Assembly (NCBI GenBank): GCA_034521595.1
Contig: JAXHMG010000003.1
Coordinates: 1,056,001 to 1,120,000, forward strand
Direction of reading: 5' to 3'
DNA: 64,000 nt
Source: Gemmatimonadota bacterium
GTDB taxonomy: Bacteria; Gemmatimonadota; Gemmatimonadetes; Longimicrobiales; Gaopeijiaceae
Part shown: in pieces, positions 59,600 to 64,000 of the stretch
Layout: each line of letters starts with the position of its first letter
Numbering within the stretch: the stretch's first letter is position 1
Notes under the pieces: generated by a model
The model's input: the letters and a program-made list of their open reading frames with translations, nothing else
Databases searched by the model: none
What the model was told of the DNA's origin: nothing
Position numbers and translations under genes: made by a program

Positions 59600-61264
59600 A
59601 TGCTATCGGAATTACGCATCCGCGACTACGCGGTCGTCGATGACCTCACGCTTTCGCTCGCTCCAGGGCTGAATGTCCTGACCGGGGAGACCGGGGCGGG
59701 GAAGTCGATCATTGTCGGAGCGCTCTCGCTGCTCCTCGGAGAGCGCGCCTCCTCCTCGGTGGTGCGCACGGGCGCGGCTCGCGCGACGGTCGAAGCGGTG
59801 TTCGAGGTGGCGGAGCTTCCGGCCGTGGCCGAGCGCCTGGACGCCCTCGGCTTCCGGGCCGAAGACGACGTGCTCATCCTCCGTCGTGAGGTCGCCTCCG
59901 AAGGCAGGAACCGCGCGTGGGTCAACGGATCTCCGGCGACCGCCAGCGTCGTCGGAGAGCTCGGAAGCGCCCTGGTGGATCTGCACGGACAGCACGAGCA
60001 CCAGACCCTCCTCAGGCCGCGCGAGCAGCGTGACATCCTCGATGCCTTCGCCGGTGCCGAGGGCGACGCGGAGCAGGTGGAGACCCTCTACCGCGAGCTC
60101 CAGGAGCTGCGCGGTGAGCTCGAGGCGCGGGAGGACCGCCGCCGGGATGTGGAGAGTCGCGCCGATTTCCTGCGTTTCCAACTCCAGGAGATCGACGACG
60201 CGGCCCTCAGCCCGGGCGAAGACGAAGAGCTCGAAGCCGAGGTCGCCCGCCACGAGCACGCCGAAGAGCTGGTGCGGGGTGCCGACGCCGCGAGCCAGAC
60301 GTTGTATGCCGGGGACGACGCGGTATCGGACCGGATAGCCGAGGTCCGACACACCATCCGGGACCTCGCTCGCTTCGATCCCGAGTTGGCGCAGCATGCG
60401 GATGCGCTCGACGAAGCATACCACCTGGCAGCGGAAGTCGGGCGAGCTCTCGGTGATTACGCTTCGTCGGTCGATCACGATCCCGGTCGGCTCGAGGAAG
60501 CGCGACAGCGCCTCGACCGGGTGTTACGGTTGAAGCGCAAGTACGGGCCGGAGCTCGCCGACGTCCTCGCGACCGCGCAGAGAGTCCGTGAGGAGCTCGA
60601 GGAGCTCGACGCGGCGGATCACGATCTGTCCGAGCTGGGACGTCGGATCGAGGAGGCCGAAGCACGCTTGACGGAGGCAGCCGCGGCGCTGAGCGAGAAG
60701 CGCCGCGATGCAGCCCGACGGTTGAGTGCACGCATCACCGACGAGCTCCCCGCGCTCGGGCTGAAGGACGCCACCTTCGACGTGAGCCTGAGCCCATACG
60801 AGCAGCCGTCCGCCGGTGGGGGCGAGGGCGTGGAGTTCCTGGTCTCTCCGAACCCGGGCTTCGCCCCCATGGCGCTCGCCCGGGTCGCCAGCGGGGGCGA
60901 GCTCTCACGCGTGATGTTGGCCCTGAAGGCCACCCTCGCGGATGTCGATCACGTGCCCGTCCTGGTCTTCGACGAGATCGACGCCGGCATCGGCGGTTCG
61001 GTGGGATCCGCGGTGGGGAGCAAGCTCCAGGAGGTCGGGAGTCGACACCAGGTCTTCGTGGTCACGCACCTCGCCCAAGTGGCGTCGAAGGCGGCCCAGC
61101 ACCTCCTTGTCGAAAAGACCACGAGCGGAGATCAGACCATCACCGCCACCTCGGTGCGACCGCTGGACGGAGAAGACCGCGTCGCCGAGATCGCGAGGAT
61201 GCTCGGTGGAGATCCCGGCTCGAAGACCTCCCGCGAGCACGCGAAGGAGCTGCTGGCGCGCTGA
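59600..61264 (+). CDS. recN: DNA repair protein RecN
   Basis: TGETGAGKS, HGQHEHQ, ASGGELSR, FDEIDAG, THLAQVA, EIARMLGG. Confidence 0.97.
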   Translation: MLSELRIRDYAVVDDLTLSLAPGLNVLTGETGAGKSIIVGALSLLLGERASSSVVRTGAARATVEAVFEVAELPAVAERLDALGFRAEDDVLILRREVASEGRNRAWVNGSPATASVVGELGSALVDLHGQHEHQTLLRPREQRDILDAFAGAEGDAEQVETLYRELQELRGELEAREDRRRDVESRADFLRFQLQEIDDAALSPGEDEELEAEVARHEHAEELVRGADAASQTLYAGDDAVSDRIAEVRHTIRDLARFDPELAQHADALDEAYHLAAEVGRALGDYASSVDHDPGRLEEARQRLDRVLRLKRKYGPELADVLATAQRVREELEELDAADHDLSELGRRIEEAEARLTEAAAALSEKRRDAARRLSARITDELPALGLKDATFDVSLSPYEQPSAGGGEGVEFLVSPNPGFAPMALARVASGGELSRVMLALKATLADVDHVPVLVFDEIDAGIGGSVGSAVGSKLQEVGSRHQVFVVTHLAQVASKAAQHLLVEKTTSGDQTITATSVRPLDGEDRVAEIARMLGGDPGSKTSREHAKELLAR

Positions 61265-61300
61265 GCCCGGGAGGCGGTGGAGGTGTGGGAGGGCACGATC

Positions 61301-62890
61301 TCAGTGATCGGGCCAGAGCGGGGCATAAATCTCCGCGCCGGCTTCGATGCGGTTCGTCACGGGCATGTCCGCTCCGTGGCCCGCTACGGCGTGCAACCAC
61401 CGAAGCCGCAGCCTGAGGGGACGAGAGCCTTCGGCTCCGGTCGGGGTCGCGGTGTCGTAGACGAGGGTCAGGCCCATCTGGTGTCGCCTCGCGGGATCCC
61501 CCGACGGGAGAGTCCAGGAACGGTCATCGGTACCGGACGGCGAATCCGCCACCGCTGAGAACGCATCAGCTCCACGCGAGAAATACCGGTATACGCCTCC
61601 CACCGTCAGCGCGTCGGCGAGCCTCAGTGCCGGCTCCGCCTCCACGGCCCAGTACGAGCCCGGATCCCACACCAGGGCTACGCTGGATGCGGCCGGGGCG
61701 AGCGCCGAGCCCTCGACCACGCCCCTTCGCTCGAGCGTCCGTTGGTTCTGGGTCCCATAGAGCACGCCACCGTCGAAGGAAAAGCGGGAGCCGAATCGAG
61801 CCCGTGCCGCCAGACGCCCTTCGATGTCCCGCTGACCGTCGCCCGACCCCAGGTCCAGGGGCACGTCCGGATCGGGCGTCCGCCCGGTTCCCAAGCGCAA
61901 CAAGGCTCCCGCTTGGACCTCCAACGAAAATCCGGGCCGGGCGGCCAACGGGCGCCCCAGAGTGAGGACTCCGAACGAGGTTTTGAGCTCCACGTCCCCC
62001 CACGTCCAAAGGCTCGTTCGCGTACGGAGCGGCTCGGCGTAGCCGAGACGGTCGAACTGGGCCGGAAGCGTCTCGAGGTCGGCCTCGGTCGCGCGGGCGT
62101 TCGACAGCACCAGCGGGCCCGGGAGCCCGTCGAGTCCAGCGTCCCTCAAGTCCGAGTCGAGCGCGGTGATCCGGTCCGCGAGCTCGGTAGCGATCGACGA
62201 CCCCTCGAGTGGGAAGAAGGGAGTGGCATGGAACACGGTCGACAGGGTCTGGTCGAAGCGACCGGTGCGCTGCGCGAGGGCCGTCGCGTCCTCGCACGCC
62301 GGATCGCCACTCTCGCAGAGTCCGTCCGCACGACTCCACGCGGCCGTGGTCGCCGCCCTCAGGCCTCCGAGAAACATGTCCACGTCGTTCCGTGCGGTGA
62401 GGTACGGCGAGATCCCCAGGTCACCCGCGACGGTATCCGGCAGGAAGACCAAGTCCACGGCGGTGCGGGTCTTCACACGAGGCACGGACGCGCCGACCGT
62501 CCACCATTCGGTGATCCCGTAGTCGATCCCCAGGTCGATTTCGGTCACGTCGTGAGAGACGCGTCCCTCGACACCACCCATGGTGGGCTGGTAGTCCGGA
62601 GCCCCGGAGAGCTCCCTCAACCCTTCCGTCAGCGTGGACGCGCCCGGGAAGAGCTCGAGGGCCCTGTCGGAGGTGAGTGGCTGACCCAGCGAGACCCGGT
62701 CCGCCTCGCCGCTCGCCCCAAAGCGCTGGTCCCACGCGGTGAAGCTCGGCCAGGCGGAGAGGCGGAGGGTGCCGGCCGGAGCGAGTCGGTCGTCGATGAC
62801 CTGTGCGCTGCCCGTTGCCGCGAAGGCCGTGAGCAACAGAACGGTGCCCACCATCACGCGCGCGAAGGCGGAAACGCTCCCTCGGACCAC
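61301..62890 (-). CDS. Hypothetical secreted/outer-membrane protein
   Basis: Long ORF (track 61301..63040) with signal-like VLLLTAFAATGSAQ and beta-strand-like C-half; start uncertain. Confidence 0.65.
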   Translation of the reverse strand: MVRGSVSAFARVMVGTVLLLTAFAATGSAQVIDDRLAPAGTLRLSAWPSFTAWDQRFGASGEADRVSLGQPLTSDRALELFPGASTLTEGLRELSGAPDYQPTMGGVEGRVSHDVTEIDLGIDYGITEWWTVGASVPRVKTRTAVDLVFLPDTVAGDLGISPYLTARNDVDMFLGGLRAATTAAWSRADGLCESGDPACEDATALAQRTGRFDQTLSTVFHATPFFPLEGSSIATELADRITALDSDLRDAGLDGLPGPLVLSNARATEADLETLPAQFDRLGYAEPLRTRTSLWTWGDVELKTSFGVLTLGRPLAARPGFSLEVQAGALLRLGTGRTPDPDVPLDLGSGDGQRDIEGRLAARARFGSRFSFDGGVLYGTQNQRTLERRGVVEGSALAPAASSVALVWDPGSYWAVEAEPALRLADALTVGGVYRYFSRGADAFSAVADSPSGTDDRSWTLPSGDPARRHQMGLTLVYDTATPTGAEGSRPLRLRLRWLHAVAGHGADMPVTNRIEAGAEIYAPLWPDH

Positions 62891-63078
62891 CTTGGCTCGT
62901 CTCGGGACAGCTGGCTCGGGTCGAAAGATGGGAATCGGCCGGACTCCACGGTCCGAAGAGGTCGTCGGTGGCTCGCAAGACATCGAGGAAGATAAGCCCC
63001 GAGGAAGATGGCTGGTACGGTCCGGATCGCCAGAGCCCAACGACCGCTGGTTTCCGCCTCGACGGGCCCATCTGGTCG

Positions 63079-63107
63079 TTGACCAGACCGGAGGCTTATT
63101 CTAGGTT
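63079..63107 (+). promoter_or_regulatory. Promoter of tRNA operon
   Basis: TTGACC-N17-TAGGTT, 20 bp upstream of tRNA-Gly. Confidence 0.7.
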
Positions 63108-63126
63108 CATGTCCGCTGTGAACATT

Positions 63127-63199
63127 GCGGGAATAGCTCAGTTGGTAGAGCACAACCTTGCCAAGGTTGGGGTCGCCGGTTCGAGTCCGGTTTCCCGCT
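63127..63199 (+). tRNA. tRNA-Gly(GCC)
   Basis: GCGGGAA/TTCCCGC acceptor stem, CAACC-TTGCCAA-GGTTG anticodon arm, GGTTCGAGTCC T arm; CCA not encoded. Confidence 0.97.
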
Positions 63200-63248
63200 C
63201 TGTGGGCGAAGGGGGCGGCAGCCAGCGCTGTCCGCTCCCTTCGTCTTT

Positions 63249-63319
63249 GGCGCCGTGGCCAAGTGGTAAGGCAGAGGACTGCAAATCCTTTATCCCCGGT
63301 TCGAATCCGGGCGGCGCCT
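63249..63319 (+). tRNA. tRNA-Cys(GCA)
   Basis: GGCGCCG/CGGCGCC acceptor stem, CTGCAAA loop, GGTTCGAATCC, U discriminator; CCA not encoded. Confidence 0.96.
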
Positions 63320-63721
63320 CTCCTGGAAAGGGCTTGCGAACGGAACGGTCTGCGAGGTCAGCAGGCTTCCACGTTCTGCCACGGTCGGGCGCCGCCCGGA
63401 GTCGAACCCCAGGTTCGAGCCGAGGCGCCCATGTGGTGTCCCGCGAAGCGGCCCGAACCGGGATTCGCCGAGACGAGCGAGGAGCGCCGAAGGCGCCCGC
63501 AGCTCCATCCGGGCGGCGCCTCTAGAAAGGTCTTGCGTGCTGAACAGTGTGGGAGGCCAGCAAGCTTCTGCGCTTCAGACAGGTCATGGCGCCGCCCGGA
63601 GTCGAACCCCAGGTTCGAGCCGAGGCGCCTGGACGGTGTACCGCGAAGCGGCCCGAGACGGAACTCGCCGAGACGAGCGAGGAGCGCCGCAAGGCGCCCG
63701 CAGCTCCATCCGGGCGGCGCC
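63319..63721 (+). repeat. Two tandem ~200-bp tRNA-linked structured repeats (family B)
   Basis: Units 63319-63520 and 63521-63721; each ends in ATCCGGGCGGCGCC (tRNA-Cys 3' end) and contains the inverted copy GGCGCCGCCCGGAGTCGAACC (63388, 63588). Confidence 0.92.
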
Positions 63722-64000
63722 CTCTGAAGGATTCCCCACCTTCCGGAGGCAGCGTCGGGGCACAGAAGCCCATCGGCGGAGGTCTGAACGCAGGTTGCTG
63801 CAGTGTTATTCCTGCAGCCCGTGACGGATGCCGAGGAAGAGCGCTAGGTTACGTCATCCATACGAAGCTCGGGTTGGCGAGGGCTGCGAACGCCGGAGCC
63901 GGCTCGGATCTCCGCGATGATCTAGCGAACAAGCCTCTCGGACAGGGCTGCCGGATGTGACCCAGAACCGGACTGCGAAGCTGGTGCGACGAGCCGTTAA

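Noticed and set aside
63388-63721. Additional tRNA genes on the minus strand
   Set aside because: Only the T-arm/acceptor 21-mer matches; there is no D arm or anticodon arm.
63722-64000. Start of an integrated element after the tRNAs
   Set aside because: Only short hairpins and no recognisable integrase within the window; cannot be judged without downstream sequence.

Overview
High-GC bacterial chromosome segment; gene order and protein style suggest Gemmatimonadota, but this is inference. Two housekeeping blocks: (1) porin-secD-secF-tatD-mutL-miaA-bshA-uppP-birA-coaX-prenyltransferase-like-CIRCE-groES-groEL, and (2) thrS-infC-rpmI-rplT-pheS-pheT-zapB-like-zapA-rny-folD-xseA-xseB-ispA-dxs-nadK-recN-tRNA-Gly-tRNA-Cys. 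Between them is an accessory region with three notable parts. (a) A heavy-metal efflux island (His-rich leader ORF, TolC, adaptor, CusA/CzcA-type RND, P-II, CDF). It carries many single-base frameshifts and lies between copies of a ~190-bp structured repeat, next to a scar of gene fragments. (b) A fused 2-oxoacid dehydrogenase E1 and a DUF4105/Lnb-like gene. (c) A ~14-kb cluster (28.8-42.8 kb) joining a GTP-derived pterin/flavin-precursor-like pathway (GTP cyclohydrolase II, RibD-reductase-only, creatininase-like, PTPS homolog, Zn-dehydrogenase, two methyltransferases, GT4) to envelope machinery (CDP-alcohol phosphatidyltransferase, flippase-like protein, LtaS/OpgB-like transferase, OpgG, OpgH). 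OpgH is in frame with GTP cyclohydrolase II. This cluster is the best candidate for an undescribed system. Tandem structured repeats built on the tRNA-Cys 3' end close the window. All calls come from motif recognition by eye; no searches were run.
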